Source: Synechococcus sp. (GTDB lineage: Bacteria > Cyanobacteriota > Cyanobacteriia > PCC-6307 > Cyanobiaceae). From it: DNA of 64,000 nucleotides. Below, one piece after another: positions 52,590 to 63,060 of this stretch (positions are counted from its first letter, which is position 1; each line of letters opens with the position of its first letter). Under the pieces are notes generated by a model. That model did not search any database, was not told the DNA's origin, and saw nothing but the letters and a program-made list of their open reading frames with translations. The stretch is taken from the NCBI GenBank assembly GCA_047284725.1, contig JBJBEO010000001.1:824203-888202 (forward strand), in the 5' to 3' direction. Made by a program: the position numbers and the translations under genes.

Positions 52590-54055
52590 GGGCTGACGCT
52601 CAATGATGGAATGGATTGTTTCACAGGCAGGATGGTCAGGACCTGAGGCGGCGTGGCATCGGCGGGATAAATCAAGCGAACACGCACAGCCCGTCGCTCG
52701 CCGGGCCCGAGGCTGACACGACCGAGTTCCGTTCCCGCCAGCCCCTGACGCAGCACCACGTGCAGCAAGCGCCTTCCGCCTGCGCTGCCTGAACTGCTGT
52801 CCATTCCCCTGACTTCCACAGGCCCGCGGAACATCACGGAACTGCGGGGAGGGTCTTGAAACTGCAGGCTGGTGGCTGTGCTCCCACTCTTGATGGGTGA
52901 TTCCAGGCTGATCGCCACCGTGCGGGCTTCAGCGCTGGAATTGAGCAGCGGCAGATGAAGGTCGTATTCCACCCCGTAGTTGCCATGGGCAGCCCAGGCG
53001 GTGCCTGGGCTGAACCGCTGCAATTCGGCGGTTTGCACCTGACCGGTGCCGAGATCGCCCCGCTCGAGGCTGCTGATCGGCCAAGAGATGGGGTGGTTCG
53101 GCAGGGCCAGGGTTGAGCGTTCAGGGTCGGTGACGGTCGCGCTCCAGCGCGTTCCCACCTGGATACCGCTGACGCGGGAGTACACCATCTTTCCGCGGCT
53201 TCCCCGTGGGGTGGGCTTGTGTTCCTTCGGGCTGAGCTGTCCAGACTGCAGCAGCGATTGCCATCGGTTCAGGGGCGGCGGGTTTGATGGGTCTCCCTGC
53301 GCCGCGACTGTGGCGAGGTGCACTGCCCCAGAGCTGCGCAGTCGCAACTGCAGATTGCGCCCATTGAGCAGCGGATCAAGACCCGCCACAGGGATGGGCA
53401 GCACCAGCAGGGTGCTGGCGGCGCCAGGTTGCAGTGTCCAGCGACCGGGGAGTTCCTGGGCGCGATCACCCCGCAGAAGATCACCCGCGACGCGACTGCC
53501 GGGGCCGGAGGCGATCGCTGCGCTGGTCTCAGGCATCACGGCCGGCAGGGGCAGAAACGGGGCTGCTGTCTGCTTGGGCTCCGTCGCCTGTGACAGGGAG
53601 GTGCTGCCTCCCACCAGCTCCAGGGTCACGGGCGATGGACCCACCGGTTGCGCCATCACCGCCAGCCACAGGGTGGAGTCGAGTTGCTCGACGCTGCCGG
53701 CATAGACGTGATGACTGAATAGATCGAAGCGGCCATTGAGGGCCTGATTGAGCCCCGGGCTTTGGGGAAATGTGGACAGCAGGATCCCATCGCCGGTGAT
53801 CAACTCGGGGTTGTTGTCGTTGACAACGAGCACCTGATCAAGGCCGCCAGGCAACGCTCGTACCTCCTGGGGTCGCTGGATCAGGCGTTTGGCAGGCGCT
53901 GTGGCGGCTGCTGAATTCGCCGCGTTGGCGCCCTGTTCAGCAGCAATCACGTTGAGGTCGAGGCCAAACCAGCTGAGGCTCAGGAGGCTGAGACTGAGTG
54001 GCAGCAAGGCCTGGCTGCGGGGTCTCGCGGTCATGGTGCTGCTGCCGTTCGCCAC
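52586..54055 (-). CDS. DUF3370-like secreted protein
   Basis: NPELI..DGILLSTF, FDLFSHH, AHGNYGVEY, YPADATPPQVLT. Confidence 0.8.
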   Translation of the reverse strand: MANGSSTMTARPRSQALLPLSLSLLSLSWFGLDLNVIAAEQGANAANSAAATAPAKRLIQRPQEVRALPGGLDQVLVVNDNNPELITGDGILLSTFPQSPGLNQALNGRFDLFSHHVYAGSVEQLDSTLWLAVMAQPVGPSPVTLELVGGSTSLSQATEPKQTAAPFLPLPAVMPETSAAIASGPGSRVAGDLLRGDRAQELPGRWTLQPGAASTLLVLPIPVAGLDPLLNGRNLQLRLRSSGAVHLATVAAQGDPSNPPPLNRWQSLLQSGQLSPKEHKPTPRGSRGKMVYSRVSGIQVGTRWSATVTDPERSTLALPNHPISWPISSLERGDLGTGQVQTAELQRFSPGTAWAAHGNYGVEYDLHLPLLNSSAEARTVAISLESPIKSGSTATSLQFQDPPRSSVMFRGPVEVRGMDSSSGSAGGRRLLHVVLRQGLAGTELGRVSLGPGERRAVRVRLIYPADATPPQVLTILPVKQSIPSLSVSP

Positions 54056-54072
54056 AGTTCTAGGGGGCCTGC

Positions 54073-55200
54073 TCAGTTCTGGCGGGGAGGTGCCGGTTTT
54101 GGCTTGAGCACGGGTGCCATGGCGGCGGCCATGGCGCGAATCAGCTCCGTGGAGCGGGGATCATTGAACGGACCCTTCACGAGGAAAGCGGCGACGGCCC
54201 GGCTGCCGTCGGGGAGTTCGATCAAGCCGGCGTCGGCGTAGGCGATGCCGATATCACCGGTTTTGTTGAAAACGCGATACCCCTTCACCATCAGGCTCTC
54301 ATCAGGTCGACCCTGTTCTCCCCCCAGGCCTTTGAGCAGTCCGCCGGGGAGAAGTCGGTTGGTCACCGAGGTGCCCATCACCTCGCGGAACAGGTCGCGG
54401 CTGCGGGTGCTGAGGGTTTGGCCTGTGTCGACCAGGGCGATGGTGCGCGCCAGATCGCGGGCGCTGGTGGTGTTGGTCCCCTCCAGGTCAGGCAGCCAGT
54501 TGTTCACCGCCGTGGCGCTGAGGCCGAGGGCATTGAACCGTTCGTTGATCACCTCCTTGCCGCCGACACGCTCGATCAGCAGGTTCGTGGCGGTGTTGTC
54601 GCTGATGCGAATCATTTCGGTGGCCACTTCATGGGTGGGGAAGCGGCTCCCCACAGGCCGGGTGGCCATCCAGCCAGCGCCGCCGCCCACCACCGTCTTG
54701 GTCATGGTGAGGGGCTCGTTCCAGCGCAACCGTCCCTCATCCAGCAGCTCCAGAGTGGCCAGCAGAATCGGTGTTTTGATCGAACTCGCAGCCGGAAGCG
54801 CGGTGTCGGGGCCGAGTTGGGCGTAGCGACCATCGTCGAGGACGAGCATGAAGGCGCTGACCTTGAGGTCCTTCTGCTGCGCAGCCAGCTGGGCCCAGCG
54901 CTTGCTCAGGGTGGTCATTTCCTGGCGCGTTTCGAAGCGGCCCAGGTCATTGCCCCAGGGCTGACTGGTCACCTTGCTGGCAAGGCTGGGTTCAGGGTTG
55001 TTCTTGGCTTGGTCGTCGTTGCTGGGCAGGCTCAACCACTCCGGCAGCTGCAGTTGGCCGGTTTCCACCTGCGGCGCCAGCATCTTGAGGGCGGATCCGG
55101 TGATCACGCCGAGGCCGATGCCCATCAGCATCAAGCGGAGCATCAGGCGCAGGGGTTTGCCCCATCCAGGTTGGTTGCGCTTTGAACGGCCGGTGCTCAC
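54073..55200 (-). CDS. Class A beta-lactamase-like serine hydrolase
   Basis: SSIK, SDN and KTG motifs; N-terminal TM. Confidence 0.9.
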   Translation of the reverse strand: MSTGRSKRNQPGWGKPLRLMLRLMLMGIGLGVITGSALKMLAPQVETGQLQLPEWLSLPSNDDQAKNNPEPSLASKVTSQPWGNDLGRFETRQEMTTLSKRWAQLAAQQKDLKVSAFMLVLDDGRYAQLGPDTALPAASSIKTPILLATLELLDEGRLRWNEPLTMTKTVVGGGAGWMATRPVGSRFPTHEVATEMIRISDNTATNLLIERVGGKEVINERFNALGLSATAVNNWLPDLEGTNTTSARDLARTIALVDTGQTLSTRSRDLFREVMGTSVTNRLLPGGLLKGLGGEQGRPDESLMVKGYRVFNKTGDIGIAYADAGLIELPDGSRAVAAFLVKGPFNDPRSTELIRAMAAAMAPVLKPKPAPPRQN

Positions 55201-55227
55201 CAGGGTTTGCGGAAGTGTGGCCAGAGA

Positions 55228-56001
55228 TTAGGGGCGGTGTTGCCGAACCGCCCAACGCAGCTGACGCACCATCCCCCTGAGCAGAGCCACTTCGTCGGCG
55301 CGGATCAGTCCTCGCTGCAGAAGCCCGCGCACCTTGGCCATGCGGGCCCTTGCGGTGTGATCCAGCAGGAAGCCCACCTCCAGCAGCAACTCCTGGGCGT
55401 CGATGAGACAGGCTTCGAGAACTTTTGGGCCGGCTGGCTCGCCGTCCGGCTCGGGACTGCCTTCAGGTCCGGTGGAGGCTGATGGCTGGATTTGTTCGGG
55501 GTTCAGGGCCGCTGCTCGAAGTCGTGCCACTTCATGCAGCATCACGGCAACGGCATGGGAGAGATTGAGAGATGGATATTTGTCATCGCTGTGCAGGCAG
55601 ATCACCCGCTGGCTGAGCAGCAATTCCTCGTTGGTGAGGCCGTGGTCTTCTCGTCCGAACACCAGGGCCTGGGGCTTCGCTGAGCGACCGCTGATCATCC
55701 ACGGCAGCACCGCCTCGGGCGGGCCAAGGGGAATGCTGCCGTGGTCGAGCCGGCCGGCGGTGGTCACCACCCGGCTGCAGTCGCTCACGGCCTCCAGCAG
55801 CGTGGGATAAAGGCGAGCTGCGTCGAGCACCGGCCGTCCATGCACGGCCATGCGTTGCGCTTCCGGGGCCTTGGGATCACAGCGCGGTGCCACCAGGCGC
55901 AGGTCATCGACCCCGAAGTTGGCGCAGAGTCGGGCGACACTCCCCACATTCAGCGGGCCTGCGGGCTCGACCAGCACCACGCAAAGAGGTGCCATTGCCA
56001 T
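55228..56001 (-). CDS. TrmJ/LasT-family SPOUT RNA methyltransferase
   Basis: VVLVEP...NVG, LVFGRED.GL, SLNLSHAV. Confidence 0.92.
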   Translation of the reverse strand: MAMAPLCVVLVEPAGPLNVGSVARLCANFGVDDLRLVAPRCDPKAPEAQRMAVHGRPVLDAARLYPTLLEAVSDCSRVVTTAGRLDHGSIPLGPPEAVLPWMISGRSAKPQALVFGREDHGLTNEELLLSQRVICLHSDDKYPSLNLSHAVAVMLHEVARLRAAALNPEQIQPSASTGPEGSPEPDGEPAGPKVLEACLIDAQELLLEVGFLLDHTARARMAKVRGLLQRGLIRADEVALLRGMVRQLRWAVRQHRP

Positions 56002-56399
56002 CACTCGTCAGCCGTGAACGACTCAAGGTGGGCGAGCAGATCGGCCATCTCCTGAGGGACCACTTCAAAGCGAGGCATCGGCGGGGTTGCTCCACTCACC
56101 ACCTGATGGATGATCTGTGGATCACTGAGCCGGTTACTCACGCCCCGGAGGCTGGGGCCGACCAGTCCCTGGCCGGCGATGCCATGGCAGCCAGCGCAGT
56201 TGATTCGGAACAACAAGCCGCCGTGTTCGGCATCACCATCGAGGGAACGGGTGGCGATCACATAGGGATTGCGAGCGGAGCTGCCCATCACCCAGAGCAT
56301 CAGCACCACACAGGCGAGGGCCGCCAAGGTGATCAAGCCAGCGATCAGTCCTCGCCGCCGTGGCTCCGTTGCTGCAGCAGTTGATGACGGAGCGGTCAC
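56001..56399 (-). CDS. cytM: Cytochrome cM
   Basis: N-terminal TM, CAGCH, PPMP; divergent from petG. Confidence 0.85.
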
Positions 56400-56455
56400 G
56401 ATTGCGTCGAAGCCATGGAACAATTGTGATCAAGTTTTCCATTGGGCGCGACACC

Positions 56456-56569
56456 ATGATCGAACCCCTGCTCTGCGGCATCGTGCTGGGTCTGATCCCT
56501 GTCACCCTTTTGGGCCTGTTTGTGGCAGCTTGGAACCAATACCGACGTGGCAGTGCTCTGGGGGGCTGA
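56456..56569 (+). CDS. petG: Cytochrome b6f subunit PetG
   Basis: [32 protein letters not shown]. Confidence 0.97.
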
Positions 56570-57131
56570 GAAACAGCACGCCACTGCTGCCATAGCGGCG
56601 TTGATCCAGATCCCGCCATCCTTCTGGGATGGCGGGTTTTTGTTTGTCGGCGTGCTCGCACAGCACGAGTGCATCAGGCCTTAGCCACTGGCCACTCACC
56701 AGGGCAGCAAGGCCGCGGCTGTAGAGGTTCGAGGCGTAGGGGGGGTCGAAATAGACCAGATCGAAGCCCGGATCGTCGTCAGGACGGCCATGCTCCAGCC
56801 ATGGGACGAGATCCCGCTGGACTACTACGATCTGAGCTGGTTCAGGCTGGCCTGTTGCTGTTGCGTTCAGATTGCTACGGCAGATGGCAGCTGCGCCGCT
56901 CTGCCGTTCAACGGCCACAACCCGCAGGGCGCCGCGCTGAAGGGCTTCGCACCCCATCACGCCGCTACCGCTGCAGAGATCGAGCCAATGGGACCCTCGC
57001 AGACGCTGCCCCAGAATGTTCATTACAGCCTCGCGGACCCTGGCGGTGGTGGGCCTGGTGTCGTCCCCTTTGGGGCTGCGTAGTTTGCGCCCCCCCGTCA
57101 GTCGTAACTGCGCCTGGCCTGGTTTGCTCAC
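56502..57131 (-). CDS. rsmD: 16S rRNA m2G966 methyltransferase
   Basis: [21 protein letters not shown]. Confidence 0.92.
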
Positions 57132-57763
57132 CGAGGTAAAGGGGCACCGTTGTCGAGCCAGGCGAGCCAGCGTTGCAGCAGGCGTTGACCGGCTTCACCT
57201 GATTTCTCTGGGTGAAACTGGCATGCACCCAGCCTGCGGCTCCAGACGGCTGCTGTCGCTGGAGACTGGCCGAATGGGGCCGTGGCGGTGAGGACGGACG
57301 CGTCGGTGGGATGGGCGGCGTAGGAGTGCACGAAGTACATCCATTCCTGATCGTGCTCAGAGCTCAACAGGGGTGAAGGAGTACAGGGCTGCAGGCGGGC
57401 CCAGCCCATGTGAGGAATGCGCTCGCCTTGATCATCCGGCAGTTTCTCCACCCGGCCAGGCAGGAGACCAAGACCGGGGCTGCTGCCTTCTGCGCTGCTG
57501 TCGAACAACAACTGCAAGCCAAGACAAATGCCGAGCAGGGGCCTGTCGTCGGTATGCCAACGCTGCAGATCGGGGACAAGGCCGGTGGCCGTGAGACGGG
57601 CCATTGCAGGGTCAAAGGACCCAACGCCAGGCAGGATCAGGGCATCGCAATGATCGAGGTCGCTGGGGTGGTGGACTGCAAGAAGGTCCACGCCAAAACG
57701 ACGAAAGGCAACCTGCACCGAGTGCAGATTGCCCATTCCGTAATCGATGAGACCGATCGTCAA
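57128..57763 (-). CDS. hisH: Imidazole glycerol phosphate synthase subunit HisH
   Basis: DYGMGNL, PGVG, GICLG, FVHSY, QFHPEKS. Confidence 0.97.
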   Translation of the reverse strand: MTIGLIDYGMGNLHSVQVAFRRFGVDLLAVHHPSDLDHCDALILPGVGSFDPAMARLTATGLVPDLQRWHTDDRPLLGICLGLQLLFDSSAEGSSPGLGLLPGRVEKLPDDQGERIPHMGWARLQPCTPSPLLSSEHDQEWMYFVHSYAAHPTDASVLTATAPFGQSPATAAVWSRRLGACQFHPEKSGEAGQRLLQRWLAWLDNGAPLPR

Positions 57764-57777
57764 GTTGACGACTGCAA

Positions 57778-58101
57778 TCAGAGGTACTTAGAGATCGTGC
57801 CAGAGAGGGTTGCCTTGGGCACGGCACCGACAACGGTGTCGACCTTCTGACCACCTTTGAACACCATCAGGGTGGGAATGCTGCGGATGCCGTATTGGCT
57901 GGCGACGTTGGGGTTCTCGTCGGTGTTCAGTTTGAAGACCTTGATCTTGCCTTCGAACTCCTTGGAGATTTCGTCCACGATCGGAGCCACCATGCGGCAA
58001 GGGCCGCACCATGGTGCCCAGAAATCCACCAGAACAGGAACATCGCTCTGAAGCACGTCCTGTTCGAAGGAAGCGTCGGTAACGGCAGCAGCGCTAGACA
58101 T
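57778..58101 (-). CDS. trxA: Thioredoxin
   Basis: WCGPC. Confidence 0.97.
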   Translation of the reverse strand: MSSAAAVTDASFEQDVLQSDVPVLVDFWAPWCGPCRMVAPIVDEISKEFEGKIKVFKLNTDENPNVASQYGIRSIPTLMVFKGGQKVDTVVGAVPKATLSGTISKYL

Positions 58102-58209
58102 TCACGTGTCTGAATTGATGGGTTGAAACTTAGCAACGGTTTCGCCGCAATCCCAGGGATCCCGCTCGTTTTGAGGGGAACTGTGATCTGCTGGGCCTGC
58201 CTTGAAGAC

Positions 58210-58271
58210 AAAAAGCCCGAACGCGTCGGGCCGGGGGGTGTGAGGAGTGTGCAGGCCGAAGAGGCCTCCAC
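58210..58271 (-). ncRNA. yfr1: Yfr1 small RNA
   Basis: Diagnostic ACUCCUCACAC (58238-58248) between a 5' hairpin and a GCCCGA/UCGGGC-U5 terminator; TAATGT -10 at 58278-58283; canonical guaB-trxA location. Confidence 0.92.
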
Positions 58272-58331
58272 CCTCGAACATTACCGCCTGTCTCAGGTGG
58301 TCTCGGCCTCCGTAGACAGGCGTCGGTCTGC

Positions 58332-59495
58332 TTACTTGCCCATGCCCAGTTGCTGGGCTTTTTGATACACCTTGCCTTCCGTGAGTAGGGAGGGAGCGAC
58401 CACCACCTCCACCTGCTGCATCTCTTTGATCGTGCGAGCACCAAGGGTGCCCATGGAAGTTTTGAGGCAACCCAGGAGATTGTGCGTGCCGTCGTCGAGC
58501 TTGGCGGGGCCTCTGAGAATGCGCTCAAGGCTGCCGGTACTTCCCACGTTGATCCGGGTGCCACGGGGAAGCACAGGGCTTGGCGTGGCCATTCCCCAGT
58601 GGAAGCCGCGTCCAGGAGCCTCTTCGGCACGGGCAATGGGTGAACCGATCATCACGGCGTCGGCACCGCAGGCGATGCATTTGCAGATGTCTCCACCGGT
58701 GACGATGCCGCCATCAGCCACGATCGGAACATAACGACCACTTTCTTTCTGATAGTCGTCCCGTGCTGCGGCGCAGTCGGCTACCGCGGTGGCTTGCGGG
58801 ATTCCAACACCCAGAACACCACGGGATGTGCAAGCGGCACCTGGACCAATCCCCACCATCACACCGGCAGCACCAGCACGCATCAATTCAAGGGCGACGT
58901 CGTAGGTGACGCAATTGCCGATCACCACCGGCATGCCCATGTCACGGCAGAGGGCGGCAAGGTCGAGGGTTTCCTGACCAGCTGGCCCGATGTGGTTTGT
59001 TGACACCACAGTCGCTTGAACGAAGAAGAGATCGGCGCCGGCTTCAGCAATGGCTTTGCCAAAGCGAAGGGCGGCCACAGGGGTACCGCTCACAGCCGCG
59101 ATGCCGCCCTGGGCCTTGATGTCTTGGATCCGCTTGCGGATCAAGCTCTCCTGCACTGGCTGGCTGTAGATCTCCTGCATCAGGGGGACGAATTCGTCCT
59201 TGCCCACAGAGGCGATGCGGTCGAGAACAGCATTCGGATCGTCGTAGCGAGTCTGAACGCCCTCCAGGTTGATCACACCAAGGGCGCCAAGCTGGGACAG
59301 TTTCACGGCCATGCCCACATCGACAACGCCGTCCATGGCGCTGGCGATGATCGGGATCTCCCGTTCGATACCGCCGAGGCTCCAGCCGGTATCGGTGACC
59401 TCAGGATCAACAGTGCGTCCGCCTGGCACCAGGGCGATCTCGTCGATGCCATAGGCCCGGCGGACAACTTTGGAGCGACCAAGCTGAATGTTCAC
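58332..59495 (-). CDS. guaB: IMP dehydrogenase-related protein (GuaB3 type)
   Basis: [26 protein letters not shown]. Confidence 0.93.
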   Translation of the reverse strand: MNIQLGRSKVVRRAYGIDEIALVPGGRTVDPEVTDTGWSLGGIEREIPIIASAMDGVVDVGMAVKLSQLGALGVINLEGVQTRYDDPNAVLDRIASVGKDEFVPLMQEIYSQPVQESLIRKRIQDIKAQGGIAAVSGTPVAALRFGKAIAEAGADLFFVQATVVSTNHIGPAGQETLDLAALCRDMGMPVVIGNCVTYDVALELMRAGAAGVMVGIGPGAACTSRGVLGVGIPQATAVADCAAARDDYQKESGRYVPIVADGGIVTGGDICKCIACGADAVMIGSPIARAEEAPGRGFHWGMATPSPVLPRGTRINVGSTGSLERILRGPAKLDDGTHNLLGCLKTSMGTLGARTIKEMQQVEVVVAPSLLTEGKVYQKAQQLGMGK

Positions 59496-59590
59496 CGCAA
59501 GCCAATGAAAGATCCGGTCAAGCTAACAAGCGGCCACGGCCGACCTGGTGAGCCGGAACCCTCTAGGCAGTCGCGATCTGGCGTTGATGT

Positions 59591-60316
59591 TCAGCTCTTG
59601 CCACCGGTGAAGGCACGCCAGCCCTGGCGCAGGCCTTCGATCACTTGACGGCGCTCGTCACTGCGCACCAAGCGTGTGGCTGAAAACGAGATGGCTGAGC
59701 AGAGACCCACCAGCTCCAGCAGCCGTGGCGCTAAGGGAATGGCGCCGATGGCACTCAAAAGACCGGAATACACCTTCAGGATCAGGAGTAGGCCAATGAA
59801 GATGGCCAGCAGTCGCAGAGGTTGACGAGCCCGATTGATCTGCTCGCCGATGTCGTTGGCGTCAAACCAGTCTTTGATCTTCGCGGTGAGCAGATCCCAT
59901 TCACCGCCCTGACTGGTGGCGTTGCTGTTGGGTTGGCCTCCAGGGATCGTGATGCGCTCTGCAATCGCCGGATCAGCGGGAGGGGACGCCGGCGCGGGAG
60001 GGCTTGGTGGAATGGAGGCCGTTGAGGCCGCCTGGGTCGTGACTGCGGCGGCGTTGACCTCCGCAGCGGATGCCAGATGAGGTTCAGCCTCGATGCTTGC
60101 GGTGGTCGGTGCCGGCGTTGTGGTTTCGCTCAAGGCCTCGATCGCTGAAGGACTCGAGGCTGTTTCCTGCTGAAGGGCATCCTCGCCATCGGCAGGAGAG
60201 TCGGCTTGAACGGTTTGATGAGACGACGCGTCTTGATTGGCGCTGTCATTGGCCGTTGAAGAGCTTGCCGATGAGGGCGCCGTCTCTTGGTTGGAGAGAT
60301 TGAAGTCGGAGCTCAT
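59591..60316 (-). CDS. CAAD (CURT1-like) domain protein with long Ala/Pro/Ser-rich N-terminus
   Basis: Disordered N-terminus; C-terminal TM pair with IPLAPRLLELVG. Confidence 0.8.
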   Translation of the reverse strand: MSSDFNLSNQETAPSSASSSTANDSANQDASSHQTVQADSPADGEDALQQETASSPSAIEALSETTTPAPTTASIEAEPHLASAAEVNAAAVTTQAASTASIPPSPPAPASPPADPAIAERITIPGGQPNSNATSQGGEWDLLTAKIKDWFDANDIGEQINRARQPLRLLAIFIGLLLILKVYSGLLSAIGAIPLAPRLLELVGLCSAISFSATRLVRSDERRQVIEGLRQGWRAFTGGKS

Positions 60317-60454
60317 CGCAGCACGCTTTTTCCGCGGCGAGCTTAAGGGCACCAGGCCAGGACGACCTTGCCCTTTCCATGAATCGGTATTGATTGCAAT
60401 ACCTGGTAAGTCGAGACCTGCCGCGATAAAGTTGCTGAGGCTTTTAGGTCTTGT

Positions 60455-63058
60455 ATGGCGGATCCAGTGGGGCCCGGCAACGGCGGTCCCGGCGAGTCCG
60501 ACGACCGGATCATCCAGACGGATTTGCGCAACGAGATGTCGCGCTCCTATCTGGAGTACGCGATGAGCGTGATCGTCGGGCGAGCCCTGCCCGATGCGCG
60601 AGACGGTTTGAAGCCTGTGCATCGCCGCATCCTTTATGCGATGTACGAGCTGGGTCTCACCAGCGATCGTCCCTACAGAAAGTGTGCCCGTGTGGTGGGT
60701 GAGGTGCTGGGTAAGTACCACCCCCACGGCGATACGGCTGTCTACGACGCCCTGGTCCGGATGGCCCAGGACTTTTCCATGTCGATGCCCCTGATCGACG
60801 GGCACGGCAACTTCGGCTCGGTCGACAACGACCCGCCGGCCGCCATGCGATACACCGAATCGCGACTGAAGGCGCTCACTACGGACAGCCTTCTCGAAGA
60901 CATCGAGGCCGAAACCGTTGATTTCGCCGACAACTTTGATGGCTCCCAGCAGGAGCCCACGGTGCTGCCCGCCAGGATTCCACAGCTGCTGCTGAATGGC
61001 TCAGCGGGTATTGCGGTGGGCATGGCCACCAACATCCCTCCCCACAATCTTGGGGAACTCATTAATGGTCTGCTGGCCCTCATCGAGAACCCGGAGCTCG
61101 AGGACGAAGAGCTCATGCGCATCATCCCCGGGCCCGACTTCCCCACCGGCGGCCAGATTCTTGGCCGTACCGGCATCCGTGAGACGTATCTCAGCGGCCG
61201 CGGTTCGGTCACCATGCGCGGCGTGGCGGCGATTGAAACGATCGAAGCTCCTGGTCGCCCTGATCGGGATGCGGTGATCATCACCGAACTGCCCTACCAA
61301 ACCAACAAGGCGGCGTTGATCGAGCGCATTGCCGAGATGGTCAATGACAAAAAACTCGAGGGCATCTCCGATATTCGCGATGAAAGCGATCGGGATGGTA
61401 TGCGCATCGTGGTGGAGCTGCGCCGGGATGCCTACCCCCAGGTGGTGCTCAACAACCTGTTCAAGCTCACGCCACTGCAGAGCAATTTCAGCGCCCACAT
61501 GCTGGCGTTGGTGAACGGGGAGCCGATCCTGCTCACCCTGCGCAGGATGTTGCAGGTGTTCCTCGACTTCCGGGTCGAGACGATCGAGCGCCGTACCCGT
61601 TATCTGCTGCGCAAAGCGGAAGAGCGCGACCACATCCTCCTCGGTCTGTTGCTGGCCCTGGATCAGCTCGATCCGATCATTGCCCTGATCCGCGCCGCTC
61701 CCGATACCGCCACCGCCAAACAGCAGCTGCAAGATCGTCACGGTCTCAGTGACATTCAAGCCGACGCCATCCTCCAGATGCAGCTGCGCCGGCTGACGGC
61801 CCTTGAGGCCGACAAGATCCGCCTTGAGCACGAAGATCTTGTCACCAAGATCGCTGACTACAAAGACATCCTTGGCCGGCGTGAGCGGGTCTTCGGCATC
61901 ATCCAGGACGAGCTCACTCAGCTGCGCGACCGCTATCCGATCGAGCGGCGCACGGAAATTCTCAATATCGCCGCTGGCCTGGAAGACATCGATCTGATCG
62001 CCAACGAGCGTTCGGTGGTTCTGCTGACCGAAACCGGTTATCTCAAACGCATGCCGGTGAGTGAGTTTGAAGCCACCAGCCGCGGCACCCGCGGCAAGGC
62101 CGGGACCCGCAGCCAGGGTGAAGAAGCCGTGAAGCTGTTCATCAGCTGCAACGACCACGACACCCTGTTGCTGTTCAGTGATCGGGGCGTGTCCTACGCC
62201 CTGCCTGCCTATCGCGTGCCCCAGTGCAGCCGTACTGCCAAGGGCACCCCGGTGGTGCAGCTCTTGCCGATTCCCCGGGAGGAAGCGATCACCACGTTGC
62301 TGGCGGTGTCGGAGTTCAGTGACGACAGCGATCTGCTGATGCTCACCAGCGGTGGTTTCATCAAGCGCACCCGTCTCTCGGCGTTCAGCAACATTCGCTC
62401 CAATGGTCTGATCGCCATCAACCTGGAAGAGGGCGATGCCCTCACCTGGGTGCGGCAGGCGGTGCCCGGCGACAGCGTGCTGATCGGCACCAAAGCCGGC
62501 ATGACCATTCACTTCCGCCTGAGCGATGAGGAGCTCCGCCCTCTTGGACGCACTGCCCGTGGTGTGCGTTCAATGAATCTCCGTGACGGCGATGCCCTTG
62601 TGAGCATGGATGTGCTGCCGGTGGAGCTGGCCGACAAGGTGGCCCAGAGCAGTGAGGATGCTGCAGACGAGGACGAGGGGGCGACAGCTGAAGGCCCCTG
62701 GGTGTTGGTGGCCTCGGCCAGTGGCCTGGGCAAACGGGTGCCTGTGACCCAGTTCCGCCTGCAGAAACGCGCCGGCATGGGTCTCCGTGGCATGAAGTTC
62801 CGCAAAGAGGGCGACGAGCTGGTGGCGTTGAGGGTCCTCGGCGCAGGGGAGGAGCTGTTGTTGGTGAGCGAAAAGGGTGTGATTGTGCGCACCAGCGCCG
62901 ATGCCATTCCGCAGCAATCCCGTGCTGCTACTGGTGTGCGACTGCAGAAGCTCGACAAAGGCGACAGCCTGCTCAAGGTGGTGCTGGTGCCGCCGGAACC
63001 GGAATCCGACGAGGAGGATGCCGACGCCCCAGAGGCCAGCGCAGAGCAGGACAACTGA
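60455..63058 (+). CDS. gyrA: DNA gyrase subunit A
   Basis: [29 protein letters not shown]-terminal pinwheel repeats. Confidence 0.97.
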   Translation: MADPVGPGNGGPGESDDRIIQTDLRNEMSRSYLEYAMSVIVGRALPDARDGLKPVHRRILYAMYELGLTSDRPYRKCARVVGEVLGKYHPHGDTAVYDALVRMAQDFSMSMPLIDGHGNFGSVDNDPPAAMRYTESRLKALTTDSLLEDIEAETVDFADNFDGSQQEPTVLPARIPQLLLNGSAGIAVGMATNIPPHNLGELINGLLALIENPELEDEELMRIIPGPDFPTGGQILGRTGIRETYLSGRGSVTMRGVAAIETIEAPGRPDRDAVIITELPYQTNKAALIERIAEMVNDKKLEGISDIRDESDRDGMRIVVELRRDAYPQVVLNNLFKLTPLQSNFSAHMLALVNGEPILLTLRRMLQVFLDFRVETIERRTRYLLRKAEERDHILLGLLLALDQLDPIIALIRAAPDTATAKQQLQDRHGLSDIQADAILQMQLRRLTALEADKIRLEHEDLVTKIADYKDILGRRERVFGIIQDELTQLRDRYPIERRTEILNIAAGLEDIDLIANERSVVLLTETGYLKRMPVSEFEATSRGTRGKAGTRSQGEEAVKLFISCNDHDTLLLFSDRGVSYALPAYRVPQCSRTAKGTPVVQLLPIPREEAITTLLAVSEFSDDSDLLMLTSGGFIKRTRLSAFSNIRSNGLIAINLEEGDALTWVRQAVPGDSVLIGTKAGMTIHFRLSDEELRPLGRTARGVRSMNLRDGDALVSMDVLPVELADKVAQSSEDAADEDEGATAEGPWVLVASASGLGKRVPVTQFRLQKRAGMGLRGMKFRKEGDELVALRVLGAGEELLLVSEKGVIVRTSADAIPQQSRAATGVRLQKLDKGDSLLKVVLVPPEPESDEEDADAPEASAEQDN

Positions 63059-63060
63059 CC

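Noticed and set aside
61001..62512. 503-aa ORF antisense to gyrA (similar ones lie opposite pntA, polA and hom)
   Set aside because: Shadow ORFs are expected at this GC content.
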